Positions 18,248 through 27,906 of a stretch of 64,000 nucleotides of DNA are shown here, piece by piece. The DNA comes from Tabrizicola sp. GTDB taxonomy: Bacteria > Pseudomonadota > Alphaproteobacteria > Rhodobacterales > Rhodobacteraceae. The stretch lies in assembly GCF_965284335.1 (NCBI RefSeq), contig NZ_OZ260076.1. The stretch is one strand, 5' to 3'. Both the position numbers and the translations under genes were made by a program. Position 1 is the stretch's first letter, and every line of letters begins with the position of its first letter. The notes beneath the pieces are model-generated. The model had not been told where the DNA came from and did no database searches. It saw only the letters and a list, made by a program, of their open reading frames with translations.

Positions 18248-19663
18248 ATGACACATTCCTCTTTGGGCACACCAGCGCAGCTGCGTGACCCCGACTATCT
18301 CCCCCCCTTGGCGCAGGCTGTTCCCTTGGGCATCCAGCATGTGCTGGCCATGTTCGTGTCGAACGTCACACCGGCGATCATCGTCTGCGGGGCGGCGGGC
18401 ATCGGCTTTGGCTCGGATCAAGGCGCGCTGGGCTTTCCAGACATGACCTATATGATCCAGATGTCGATGCTTTTTGCGGGTATCGCCACCTTGTTCCAAA
18501 CCATCGGCATGGGGCCTGTCGGCGCCCGGCTGCCCATCGTGCAAGGCACGTCCTTTGCCTTTGTGCCAATCATGATCCCAGCCGTTGCCGGATTGGGCAC
18601 AGCGGGCCTTGGCGGGCTGATGACCGGTGTCGTCTTGGGCGGCATCTTTCACTTTTTCCTTGGCTTCATCGTCGGGCGCATCCGCTATGCCCTGCCGCCG
18701 CTTGTCACTGGCTTGATCGTCTTGATGATCGGTCTGGCGCTGGTGAAGGTCGGCATCCAATACGCCGCGGGCGGTGTTCCCGCGATGGAGGCGGGCATGC
18801 GCGCCATTGCCGAGGCAAAGGCTGCGGGCACCGAGGTGGATTGGTCCACGATCAAATTTGGCAGCTTTAGCCAATGGCTTCCCGCGCTTGTCGTGATCCT
18901 TGTCACGCTGGGGATCAAGTTCTTTGCCAAAGGTTTCATGGCCGTCGCCGCCGTTTTGGTCGGCATTCTTGCCGGTTATGCCGTGGCGCTGGTGATGGGG
19001 CAGGTCAGCTTTACCGCCGTTGAAAAGGCGGGGCTCTTCTCGCTGCCGAACCCCTTCCGCTGGGGCTTTGAGATCAACGCCGCGATCATCATTGGCATGT
19101 GTTTCATGGCCGTCATCTCGGCCATTGAAACCGTGGGCGATGTCTCTGGTATCGCCAAAGGCGGTGCCGGGCGCGAGGCGACGGACAAGGAAATCGAAGG
19201 GGCCACCTTTGCCGACGGTGCCGGCACGGCCATTGCCGGGATCTTTGGCGGCTTGCCCAATACCTCCTTTAGCCAGAATGTCGGCCTTGTCGCAATGACC
19301 GGCGTGATGAGCCGCCATGTCGTGACCATCGGCGCGATTTTCCTTATCATCTGCGGGCTGATCCCCAAGATCGGCGCCGCGATCAACACCGTGCCGATCA
19401 ATGTGCTGGGCGGCGGTGTTGTGGTGATGTTCGGCATGGTTTGCGCCGCAGGCGTCAACATGCTGTCCGAGGTCAAATGGAACCGCCGCAACATGGTGAT
19501 CTTTGCCACCGCCCTGTCGGTCAGCCTTGGCCTGCAACTGGTGCCCGAAGCCTTGCAGCACATGGGGCGCACCGCGCAGATCCTGCTGACCTCGGGCCTG
19601 TTGCCCGCAGCCGCCATCGCGATCGTGCTGAACCTCGTCTTGCCCGAAGATCAGACCGACTGA
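18248..19663 (+). CDS. nucleobase:cation symporter-2 (xanthine/uric-acid permease family)
   Basis: Polytopic protein. 'GIQHVLAMFVSNVTP' and 'SFSQNVGLVAMTGV' (NAT signature-like). Adjacent to ureide catabolism genes. Confidence 0.85.
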   Translation: MTHSSLGTPAQLRDPDYLPPLAQAVPLGIQHVLAMFVSNVTPAIIVCGAAGIGFGSDQGALGFPDMTYMIQMSMLFAGIATLFQTIGMGPVGARLPIVQGTSFAFVPIMIPAVAGLGTAGLGGLMTGVVLGGIFHFFLGFIVGRIRYALPPLVTGLIVLMIGLALVKVGIQYAAGGVPAMEAGMRAIAEAKAAGTEVDWSTIKFGSFSQWLPALVVILVTLGIKFFAKGFMAVAAVLVGILAGYAVALVMGQVSFTAVEKAGLFSLPNPFRWGFEINAAIIIGMCFMAVISAIETVGDVSGIAKGGAGREATDKEIEGATFADGAGTAIAGIFGGLPNTSFSQNVGLVAMTGVMSRHVVTIGAIFLIICGLIPKIGAAINTVPINVLGGGVVVMFGMVCAAGVNMLSEVKWNRRNMVIFATALSVSLGLQLVPEALQHMGRTAQILLTSGLLPAAAIAIVLNLVLPEDQTD

Positions 19664-20766
19664 CACCACTCCAACCGCAGCCCCCGGTTCAATCCGGGGG
19701 CTGTGTCATGCGCCACCCCTTTCAGATGCCAATCCAGAAACACCAGCGCATGGGCCTGCGCGATGCCATTCATCAAAACCGTGTCCCACACCGGATCGGC
19801 GTAATGTTCGGCGGGTAGAAAATCGAGATAGGCCGAGGGCTCAAACGCCTCAATCGGGGCGGGATAGGGCGCGGCGGCGTTGTGGCCAGCGCCTTCAAAG
19901 GTCAAAAGCTGGCGCTCAACGCCTGTGGCCTCTTCGAAAATCAGCCGCATTCCGTTGGCATAGCCCGAGATCTCATCCGCACTGCCCGCCATCATCAGCA
20001 TCGGCACCGACAGGCCCCGCAGCCCTTGGGCATCCCAAAGCCCGCGATGGCGGCCCCAGGGGCCGATGGGAATGATCGCGCGCAGATCAGGATCGACCAC
20101 CGGGGCGCGGTGCCTGTCCCAAAGCCCCAGCGGCGGCGCGCCCTCCATGCTCAGCGCGGCCTTGGCCACCCCTGCCCCGCCCGACACCAAGGCCCCATAG
20201 CCCCCCATCGAATAGCCGATGATGGCAAAGCGCGTGGTATCGGCCAAATCCCCCAGTGCCGATTTCACAAAACCCGTATCCAAGGGGCGATTGACCAAGG
20301 TCGAGGCCAAAGGCCCCTTATCAGCATAGGTGCTGTCTGTGTGGTCAATACTGGCCACCACATAGCCGCGCGAGGCCAGCGTTTCGCCGAAATGCGACAT
20401 CAGCATCCGGTTGCCGGGGTAGCCATGCGACAAGATCACCAAGGGAAAGGCCCCCGCATCGCGCGTCGCATCGCGGCTGGCCCGACCCTGCAGCGTGACA
20501 AGCCGATGCCCGTCGCGCAAGAGCGTGGTATAGGACGTGGCCGCAAGGTCGCTACCAGCCTCGGCGGGATACCAGATCTCAACCGTCAAAGGGCGATCAT
20601 AGTGGCGCAAGCCGCTGCCCGAGCCCAGAACGTCGATCTGATCGGGATTGGTCAGATGCAGGGTTTTCACGCCAATCGGATAGGCACCATAGCCTGCCAA
20701 GGCCGGGGCCTCCGGATGGATCTGATCAATGCGGTTCAGCGGGGGGCGGGCAATCGGCGGGATCAT
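19651..20766 (-). CDS. alpha/beta hydrolase (dienelactone hydrolase / PAF-acetylhydrolase-like)
   Basis: Nucleophile elbow 'GYSMGGYGAL'. I prefer the start at 20766 ('MIPPIARPP') because the csp terminator occupies 20807-20831. The 3' end overlaps the permease 3' end convergently. Confidence 0.6.
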   Translation of the reverse strand: MIPPIARPPLNRIDQIHPEAPALAGYGAYPIGVKTLHLTNPDQIDVLGSGSGLRHYDRPLTVEIWYPAEAGSDLAATSYTTLLRDGHRLVTLQGRASRDATRDAGAFPLVILSHGYPGNRMLMSHFGETLASRGYVVASIDHTDSTYADKGPLASTLVNRPLDTGFVKSALGDLADTTRFAIIGYSMGGYGALVSGGAGVAKAALSMEGAPPLGLWDRHRAPVVDPDLRAIIPIGPWGRHRGLWDAQGLRGLSVPMLMMAGSADEISGYANGMRLIFEEATGVERQLLTFEGAGHNAAAPYPAPIEAFEPSAYLDFLPAEHYADPVWDTVLMNGIAQAHALVFLDWHLKGVAHDTAPGLNRGLRLEWCQSV

Positions 20767-20806
20767 ATGGGCCACCTTGCGGCACCGGACCGCCTTCGAC
20801 AAATGA

Positions 20807-20831
20807 AAAAAGGCGGCCCCAAGGGCCGCCT
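20807..20831 (-). terminator. rho-independent terminator downstream of the cold-shock gene
   Basis: On the minus strand: GGCGGCCC-TTG-GGGCCGCC followed by TTTTTT. Confidence 0.75.
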
Positions 20832-20856
20832 TATCGATCCGAAGATCAGCTTTGGC

Positions 20857-21063
20857 TTATGCCAGAGCGAGGTTGATCGCCGACTCACGACCGTCACGGC
20901 CGGATTCGATATCAAAGGTCACAGCCTGACCGTCATTCAGCTGACGGATGCCAGCGCGCTCGACTGCCGAGATGTGCACGAACACATCTTTGCCGCCGGT
21001 GGCCGGTGCAATAAAGCCGAAACCTTTGGTGGTGTTGAACCATTTCACGGTGCCATTGGCCAT
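20857..21063 (-). CDS. cspA: cold-shock protein (CspA family)
   Basis: 68 aa. 'GTVKWFNTTKGFGFI' (RNP1) and 'DVFVHISA' (RNP2). The in-frame upstream extension in the ORF track is not Csp-like. Confidence 0.95.
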   Translation of the reverse strand: MANGTVKWFNTTKGFGFIAPATGGKDVFVHISAVERAGIRQLNDGQAVTFDIESGRDGRESAINLALA

Positions 21064-21283
21064 CGTGGATACTCCTGTCTTTTTCGCCACCCGCAGCATG
21101 CGATGGCCCGGCTTAGTCAACACAAAATCGAGTGTCTGGAGCCGCAAAAAGAGACAGCAGGTCGAAATCGCAGATATAGCACCTTTCTTGTGCGTCATTT
21201 CAGGGCCAAACGCAAGCCTTTCCGGCAGGTGCGCCAAAGATGACGATCAGGCGGCAAAAGCACCCAGCGCCTTGGCCGGGCGA

Positions 21284-21721
21284 TTACAGCGCCAAATCAT
21301 AGGTCACCCAGCGGGTTTTGCTTGCCAGCTTGTCATAAAGCGCGCGGGCGCGGGCGTTGTCCTCGGCGGTGATCCAGCGAATGACGCTCCACCCGCGCTT
21401 CTGCCCCTCCTCGGCGAGGGCCGCGATCAAAGCATCCGCCGCCCCTGACCCGCGCGCGGCAGGATCCACAAAAAGATCATCCAAGAACCCGCCAACCGTT
21501 GCCGAAAGCGGCCGGGCAAAGGGCCTAAAATGGGCCAGCCCCACCAAAGAGCCGCGATCCTGCGCCACGAGGCACAGGCTTTCATGGGCCGGATCGTTGA
21601 TCCAGCCCCAGACCTTGGCGCGCATCTGCGGTGTTTGGGTCACCCCGTAAAAGGCCGCATATCCGGCGTAAAGCCGCTCCCATTCGGGGCGGTCGGCATC
21701 CATCGGCGGGCGAATAAGCAT
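21284..21721 (-). CDS. GNAT-family N-acetyltransferase
   Basis: About 145 aa. 'LFVDPAARGSGAADALI' (acetyl-CoA binding R/Q-x-x-G-x-G/A). ATG at 21721. Confidence 0.8.
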   Translation of the reverse strand: MLIRPPMDADRPEWERLYAGYAAFYGVTQTPQMRAKVWGWINDPAHESLCLVAQDRGSLVGLAHFRPFARPLSATVGGFLDDLFVDPAARGSGAADALIAALAEEGQKRGWSVIRWITAEDNARARALYDKLASKTRWVTYDLAL

Positions 21722-21882
21722 CGGGCTGATCCTGTGTTTTGGCAAGGTTTCGACATCAAAGGCTGGCCGCGCATCGGCGGCCCACCAAAGTTGCCCCCTC
21801 TGATCGGCACCATCGTGATCTTGTAACTTGCTGCGCAACAGTGCCAGTCTGACCGCAGGCGTAACGCCAAAAAGGGGGCGCG

Positions 21883-22743
21883 ATGCGGCTGTTGTCTTTC
21901 AATATGCAATATGGGTTTGGGGCCGAAGGCATCTATGACCTGACCCGCGCAGCGGCGGTGATCTCGGGGGCCGACATCGCCTGCCTGCAAGAGGTAGACC
22001 GGCATTGGTCGCGCACGGGGTTTGACGACCAGCCCGCGCTTTTGGCTGAGATGCTGCCAGACCGCTTTTGCGTCTTTGGCCCCGGCTTTGACATGGATGC
22101 CTCGACCGTAGTGGCAGGCCGCGTCGTGAACCGTCGCCGCCAATTCGGGCCGATGATCCTTTCGCGCTGGCCGATCCTGTGGAGCCGTGTGCATCTTTTG
22201 CCGCTGGCCGCGATGATCGACCCGATCAACACCCAAACCTGCGCTTTGGAGGCCTGTATCGCCGCGCCATCAGGCCCGTTGCGCGTGGTCTCGGTGCATC
22301 TGGCGCATGTCGGCGTGGGCGAGCGGCTGGCGCAGATCGCCGCGCTGAAGGCCGCATTGGTGCCGGTGGGGCCTTGGTCTGGGGTTGATGACGAGCCGCT
22401 CCGCAACTGGACCGAGGGGCAGAGCGAACCACCCTGCCCGGCCGAAATGCTGTGGCTGGGAGATTTCAATTCCGAACCCGGAAGTGCGGAGTATCGCGCG
22501 ATTGTGGGAGAGGTGCCCTATCACCCCGGCGCCCGCTATCGCGGGGCGATGGTGGATGCGGTGGCCGCACTGGGCCTGCATCTGCACAGCCATGAAAAGA
22601 CGATTGCAGGGCAAATCCGGCGGCGGCAGTTGGACCATGTGTTTGTGGATGCAAGCCTTGCCCCACGCCTGCGCCGGGCCTCAGTGGATGCGGGCTGTCT
22701 TGCCTCGGATCACCTGCCTTTGTGGGTGGAGATGGATCTTTAA
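21883..22743 (+). CDS. endonuclease/exonuclease/phosphatase (EEP) family protein
   Basis: 'RLLSFNMQYG', 'ACLQEVD', 'GDFNSEPGS', C-terminal 'SDHLPLWVEM'. Confidence 0.8.
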   Translation: MRLLSFNMQYGFGAEGIYDLTRAAAVISGADIACLQEVDRHWSRTGFDDQPALLAEMLPDRFCVFGPGFDMDASTVVAGRVVNRRRQFGPMILSRWPILWSRVHLLPLAAMIDPINTQTCALEACIAAPSGPLRVVSVHLAHVGVGERLAQIAALKAALVPVGPWSGVDDEPLRNWTEGQSEPPCPAEMLWLGDFNSEPGSAEYRAIVGEVPYHPGARYRGAMVDAVAALGLHLHSHEKTIAGQIRRRQLDHVFVDASLAPRLRRASVDAGCLASDHLPLWVEMDL

Positions 22744-22865
22744 GCCCCTGCGCGCTTGGCTGGCCGGGGCCTCCGGCGGGGATATTTGGACCACATTGAA
22801 GGCGGGGCGGGGTTGACTTTGGTCAGACTCAAGCGGTTGATACGGCTGGATTTTGGCGAGATGAG

Positions 22866-23879
22866 ATGAGCGGTTCAGACGATCTTTTGGCAACGCGCCC
22901 CCCACAGGTGGCCCCCGAGGTGGTGCAGGCCCTTTTGGCGCAGTATTATGGGCTGTCGGGAACCATGACGCCGCTGACCTCAGAGCGGGATTTGAACCTG
23001 CGGCTGGTCACGGCCGAGCGGAGCTATGTGGTCAAATTCGCCAACCGTGCCGAGCCGCGCGAGGTGACAGATTTCCAAACCGCCGCCTTGCTGCATCTGG
23101 AGGGCAAGGGCCTGCCCGTGCCGCAGGTGATCCGAACCCGGTCGGGTGCCACCGAGGTTGAGACGGTTGATGGGCGGCTGCGGGTCTTGACCTATCTTGA
23201 GGGCCGCCCGATGCATAGCGCCGCGCCAAGCCCGGCGCGGCGGCGCGCGATGGGCGAGATGGCGGCGCGGATTTCCCTTGGTTTGCAGGGGTTTTCCCAT
23301 GCCGGGGCCGATCATGTGCTGCAATGGGACATACGCCACGCCGCCACCTTACGCCCGCTTTTGGCCCATGTGCCGCAGGATCTGGCCGATCTGTGCGCCG
23401 CAACCTTGACCCAGTTTGAGGCAAGGGTCTTGCCGCGTCTGCCCGAGTGTCGCTGGCAGGTGGTGCATAACGATCTGAACCCGCACAATGTTTTGGTGGA
23501 TACCGATCAGCCTGACCGGATTGCCGGGGTTTTGGATTTTGGCGATATGGTGCGCACGCCTTTGGTCTGCGATCTGGGCGTGGCGGCCTCGTATCAGGTT
23601 GATCCTGACGCGGCGCTGGAGAGCCTTGTGGCCTTCACCGCCGCCTATCATCGGGTTTTGCCGCTGAGGCCTGTGGAACTGGCCCTTGTGGCCGATCTGA
23701 CGGCGGCGCGGATGCTGACCACGATCTGCATCACCTCATGGCGCGCGGCGCGCTATCCTGAGAATTCTGCTTATATTCTGCGCAATTACTCTTCGGCGCG
23801 CGCCGGGCTTTTGGCCCTGTCCGCCCTGCCCCCTGCCGATGTGATGGCTGCGCTGACCCATGCCTGCCCGATGGAGTGA
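22866..23879 (+). CDS. APH/choline-kinase-fold phosphotransferase (hydroxylysine-kinase / homoserine-kinase-II-like)
   Basis: Catalytic loop 'VVHNDLNPHNVLV' and metal-binding 'VLDFGDM'. 3 nt separate it from the following aminotransferase gene. Confidence 0.8.
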   Translation: MSGSDDLLATRPPQVAPEVVQALLAQYYGLSGTMTPLTSERDLNLRLVTAERSYVVKFANRAEPREVTDFQTAALLHLEGKGLPVPQVIRTRSGATEVETVDGRLRVLTYLEGRPMHSAAPSPARRRAMGEMAARISLGLQGFSHAGADHVLQWDIRHAATLRPLLAHVPQDLADLCAATLTQFEARVLPRLPECRWQVVHNDLNPHNVLVDTDQPDRIAGVLDFGDMVRTPLVCDLGVAASYQVDPDAALESLVAFTAAYHRVLPLRPVELALVADLTAARMLTTICITSWRAARYPENSAYILRNYSSARAGLLALSALPPADVMAALTHACPME

Positions 23880-23882
23880 CCC

Positions 23883-25196
23883 ATGACCCAAGGCTTTCCC
23901 GGAACCATGCCGAATGCCTATCAGCCGGGCAAAGGCAACCTGCCGCCCGAAGACGAGGCACTGGTCGCGCGGCGCGCCCGTGCCTTGGGGCCGGCCTATC
24001 GGCTGTTTTACGAAACCCCGGTGCATCTGGTGCGCGGTGACGGGGTTTGGCTTTATGACACCGCCGGAAAGGCCTATCTCGACACCTATAACAACGTGGC
24101 CTCGGTGGGCCATTGTCACCCCCATGTGGTGGCCGCAACCGCCCGGCAATCGGCGATTTTTGCCAGCCATACCCGCTATTTGCATGAGGGCGTTCTGACC
24201 TATGCCGAGCGTTTGCTGGCGCATTTTCCGGCAGAGTTGAGCCATGTGATGTTCACCTGCACCGGATCAGAGGCCAATGATCTGGCCTTTCGGATTGCCC
24301 GCGCCCATACCGGGGGAACGGGCTTTATCGTGACAGAAAATGCTTATCACGGCGTGACTTACGCGATTGCGGGCATGTCGCCGAGCCTTGGCGCCGGGGT
24401 GGATTTGGGCGAACATGTGCGCGTTGTTCCGGCACCGAGATCGGGGGCGGATACGGGGGCAGAATTTGCCGCAGGCGTGCAGGCGGCGATCCGCGAGATG
24501 CAGCGCCATGGCATCAAACCCGCCGCGCTGATCGTCGATACGGTGTTTTCCTCGGATGGGGTGTTTACTGATCCGGCCGGTTTCTTGCAGCCCGCCGTTC
24601 AGGCCATCCGCGCCGCAGGGGGTCTGTTCATCGCCGATGAGGTGCAGCCCGGCTTTGGCCGCACTGGGGCCGCGATGTGGGGCTTTCAGCGCCATGGCCT
24701 GATGCCGGATATGGTGTCTTTGGGCAAGCCGATGGGCAATGGCTATCCGGTGGCGGGGCTGGTGATCCAGCCGCAAGTGATTGAAGCCTTTGGATCAAAA
24801 GCGCGATATTTCAACACCTTCGGCGGCAATGCCGTGGCCGCGGCCACAGCACTTGCGGTGCTGGAGGTGGTGGAGAATGAGCAGTTGATGGACAATGCCC
24901 GCAACGTCGGCGCGGCCTTTGCCGAAGGGTTGCGGGGGCTGGCAAAAGACCATGCCGCCTTGGGCGAATTGCGGGCGGTGGGGCTGTTTTTGGGCCAAGA
25001 CATCGTGGATGATGCGGGCCAGCCAGATGCGACACGGGCCAGCCAGATCGTGAACCGGTTGCGCGAGGAAGGGGTGCTGATTTCCGCCACCGGGCCCAAA
25101 GGGCATGTGTTGAAAATCCGCCCGCCTTTGGTGTTCAGCCATGACAATGTGGCGTTTTTCCTCGATCGGCTGGAACGGGTGCTGAGCTCGGTCTAG
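23883..25196 (+). CDS. class-III PLP-dependent aminotransferase-fold enzyme (AGXT2L / phospho-lyase-like)
   Basis: 'HCHPHVV', 'TGSEANDLA', 'DEVQPGFGRTG', PLP-lysine context 'VSLGKPMGNG'. Confidence 0.85.
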   Translation: MTQGFPGTMPNAYQPGKGNLPPEDEALVARRARALGPAYRLFYETPVHLVRGDGVWLYDTAGKAYLDTYNNVASVGHCHPHVVAATARQSAIFASHTRYLHEGVLTYAERLLAHFPAELSHVMFTCTGSEANDLAFRIARAHTGGTGFIVTENAYHGVTYAIAGMSPSLGAGVDLGEHVRVVPAPRSGADTGAEFAAGVQAAIREMQRHGIKPAALIVDTVFSSDGVFTDPAGFLQPAVQAIRAAGGLFIADEVQPGFGRTGAAMWGFQRHGLMPDMVSLGKPMGNGYPVAGLVIQPQVIEAFGSKARYFNTFGGNAVAAATALAVLEVVENEQLMDNARNVGAAFAEGLRGLAKDHAALGELRAVGLFLGQDIVDDAGQPDATRASQIVNRLREEGVLISATGPKGHVLKIRPPLVFSHDNVAFFLDRLERVLSSV

Positions 25197-25200
25197 AAGA

Positions 25201-25221
25201 CTGATTTTCGACGAAAATCAG
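25201..25221. repeat. perfect palindrome CTGATTTTCG-A-CGAAAATCAG (copy 3, variant arms), at the left edge of the low-GC island
   Basis: Read directly. It shares the core GATTTT(T)CGACGAAAA(A)TC with 9860-9880 and starts 5 nt after the aminotransferase stop. Confidence 0.85.
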
Positions 25222-25374
25222 GGTCTGGGGCGCGTCGGGTTTGCGTATGGTTTGCGTCGGGTTTCCGTCCCGACATCGGGCGCGCTGCGGGCCAAGCGCT
25301 GAGCCGCGCCCTTTTGCACAAGACCACGATGCCACGCAGGCGGGCACGGCCTTTGCCAGGTGAATAACGCTCCG

Positions 25375-25956
25375 TTAGTTCATCACGACGCGCGCGCCCT
25401 GCCGGACGGTGGGCCACTGCTCGAGCTTCATCCACTCTGGGAATACGCGCGGGTCCCAGCAAGCCTTTCTGTAAGTTGCGCGCAGAATATCCAGCAGCAC
25501 GCGCTGGTTTGCTTCTGCAAGCTGTAGGACCGCATCGACGTTGCGGTCGTCCGTGAGCACCGCGACCAGACCGTTCGGCACACGCTTGAAGTGGATCGTC
25601 CTGCACAGCCAGTCTGGCGTTTCCGGCTCGCGCGCGACGGGCTTCGGAACGGCCCCAGAGGCACGAGCTTCGCGCCGCACCTGACGAACGCGCTCCTGAG
25701 TCATCGACTGGACAATATCGGCAGGCACGCCCTGCGGGATCTTTGCCTCCAGATCCTTGGCGATTACTGGGATCACCTGATCCATTAGCCGTCGCGTCAG
25801 CAGGATCGACTGCTTGATGCCAGCACCATCTATCGCGTTCAGCCGAATGCGGTCCTCAACCGGATCGTAGTTTGCCGTGAAGGCTTGAATTGCAAACTGG
25901 AAGCGTGCTTCGTGCTGCGCATCAGTAACCGCGGGCATCAGGTTAGGGGCGGACAT
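25375..25956 (-). CDS. hypothetical protein (193 aa), no family recognised
   Basis: GGAGAT lies 8 nt before the ATG at 25956. The ORF is uninterrupted. It is the last gene downstream of the two ABC permease genes. There is an apparent internal two-part architecture. Confidence 0.6.
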   Translation of the reverse strand: MSAPNLMPAVTDAQHEARFQFAIQAFTANYDPVEDRIRLNAIDGAGIKQSILLTRRLMDQVIPVIAKDLEAKIPQGVPADIVQSMTQERVRQVRREARASGAVPKPVAREPETPDWLCRTIHFKRVPNGLVAVLTDDRNVDAVLQLAEANQRVLLDILRATYRKACWDPRVFPEWMKLEQWPTVRQGARVVMN

Positions 25957-26009
25957 GGTCGTCTATCTCCATTCGTTAGATGCGATACATAGCATTTGGG
26001 ACGCGGGCT

Positions 26010-27026
26010 TCAGCGGATCACTTCCGGGAAGAATTCTTCGAAGGGCTCAAGCAGCGGACCAATTTCGGGCTTCACACCAGTGGCCGTGTTCACAGAACAT
26101 GCATATTCGGACGCAAACCACCGCCCCCCCAGGAAAAGACAAAGTGAGAGCAGCAACACGATGGACACAAAATGCACGAGCCACCTTCCAAAGGACCATC
26201 TTCCTTGTTCTGAAGCCACACTTTTTTTTGCGAGTTCATTTGCCGCATAGATAACGAGCGAAACTACAACCAAGATTACGGCGATGGCCGCAAGCGACGG
26301 ATCGGTGCCAATCCGGGCGCGTTGAGCAATCTCTGTGGTAAAGGTGTAGCTCTGACCTATGGTAAAGATTGTTACGCTGTAATTTTCAAAGCTGGATATA
26401 ACTGCCAGCACGATCGCAGCACCAATGGCAGGACGCAGGAACGGCAACAAGATGCGCTGAAATGCCTGAGCGTATGTCGCCCCAAGGTCACGCGCCGCAT
26501 CAAACTGCAATCTATCAAAGCGCTCTAGGCGCGCGATGAACACAAGCATGCAATAAGAAGCAATGTAGCACGACTGCCCAAAGATGGTCAGAACAATACC
26601 GTTATTCGACAAGTACCCAGGCCCGAGCCCAAGAAGAAGTTCCATCCTCCGCCAAAAGATGAATGTTGCTACCCCAAGCACGACGCCAGGGATCAGAATA
26701 GGCGCCACCATAACCATGTAGAGCGGCCCACGCAGACGCGGCCAGGCGCGCATCAGAGATAAAGCTCCCGCAAGACCGAGCGGGACAGAGAGCAAAACAG
26801 CACCAACCGCTACAAGTGCTGATGAACCGAGCCCCACGCGAAGCCGTTGATCCTCTAGACCTCTTTCAAACCAATCTAGCGTTGTACAATCCCAGGGCCA
26901 CAAGCGCGGGAAGCTTGATGCGTTGAACGCAGTTGCCGTCATTAGCACCAGCGGAGCAAACAAAAGAGCGAAGAACAGTAGTAGGTAAGCAAGGAGAAAG
27001 ACACGTAGGCGCCGATTGACCATCAT
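26010..27026 (-). CDS. ABC importer permease (PotC/binding-protein-dependent family) with an extra C-terminal TM segment and tail
   Basis: Multiple TM segments. An EAA-like loop region ('FDAARDLGATYAQAFQRILLPFLRPA'). ATGA-type overlap with the upstream permease gene. Confidence 0.8.
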   Translation of the reverse strand: MMVNRRLRVFLLAYLLLFFALLFAPLVLMTATAFNASSFPRLWPWDCTTLDWFERGLEDQRLRVGLGSSALVAVGAVLLSVPLGLAGALSLMRAWPRLRGPLYMVMVAPILIPGVVLGVATFIFWRRMELLLGLGPGYLSNNGIVLTIFGQSCYIASYCMLVFIARLERFDRLQFDAARDLGATYAQAFQRILLPFLRPAIGAAIVLAVISSFENYSVTIFTIGQSYTFTTEIAQRARIGTDPSLAAIAVILVVVSLVIYAANELAKKSVASEQGRWSFGRWLVHFVSIVLLLSLCLFLGGRWFASEYACSVNTATGVKPEIGPLLEPFEEFFPEVIR

Positions 27027-27865
27027 TGCACCAACTCACCGATCTTTACGCGGAAAATGCGTGCAAAAACGATTACAAGAACCGTCGACGTAATGAGAAG
27101 AATGACAGCATAGGCCGCCCCCCTTGCCCAGTTCAGGGACTCAAAAAAGCTCTGATAGATCAACTCCGTGAACCAGATTGTGGACGGACCACCGAGGACT
27201 TGCGGCACGGCTAGCGCTCCGGCGCTAAGCATAAACACCATCGTGCAGCCAGCCGCGACACCAGGCATCGCAAAGGGAAGCACGATCCTCCGATGGATGC
27301 GTGACCATGAGGCCCCAAAGTCACGCGCAGCTTCAATTTCTGCTGGATTTTGGTTCGCCATGACATTGTAGAGTGGGAAAACCATCAGCAGAAGATAGGC
27401 GTACGCAAGGCCCGCGTGCAAAGCCACCTCACTGCGAATGAAATCAATGGGTGCTTGCACGGCGCCCATGCCGAGCAAAATCGTGTTTACAACGCCAAGC
27501 TCCCCAAAAATTATGCGAAAAGCGTATGCACGTAGGATATCGTTTATCCAGTAGGGTATGACCAGTGCAACGATCATTAGACGTTTGATCTGATCCGCCG
27601 CGACGTAGGCCAAGTACCAGGACAAAGGATAGGCCAACAGCAGCGTAAGGACGGTCACAAACAGAGCGCTCATCAAAGTTCGCCATAAGATGCGTGCATC
27701 GATAAAACTGTGGGACGCGTTATGTCCATCAGCGCCCCCCAGAAAGAACCTATAATGTTCCAGCGTATAACTGCCGCCTTCCGTGCTCGTGGCGCCCATG
27801 GGTGTATTGGGCCGAAACGAAAACTCCAAGATAGCGATCTGCGGAATAAGGATCAGGACAAAGAC
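27023..27865 (-). pseudogene. ABC importer permease (PotB-like), 5'-truncated by the IS3-family element
   Basis: EAA loop 'EIEAARDFGASWSRIHRRIVLPFAMPG'. The reading frame stays open upstream of the listed TTG ('..VFVLILIPQIAILEFSF..', the tail of TM1) and runs straight into the IS terminal repeat at 27866. No start codon or first TM remains. Confidence 0.75.
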
Positions 27866-27906
27866 TGAACCGCCCCGGATTTATCGGAGGGTGATTTGTT
27901 CATATT

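Noticed and set aside
20857-21237. A 126-aa ORF extending the cold-shock gene upstream.
   Set aside because: Only the last 68 residues are Csp-like. The extension is non-conserved leader sequence.
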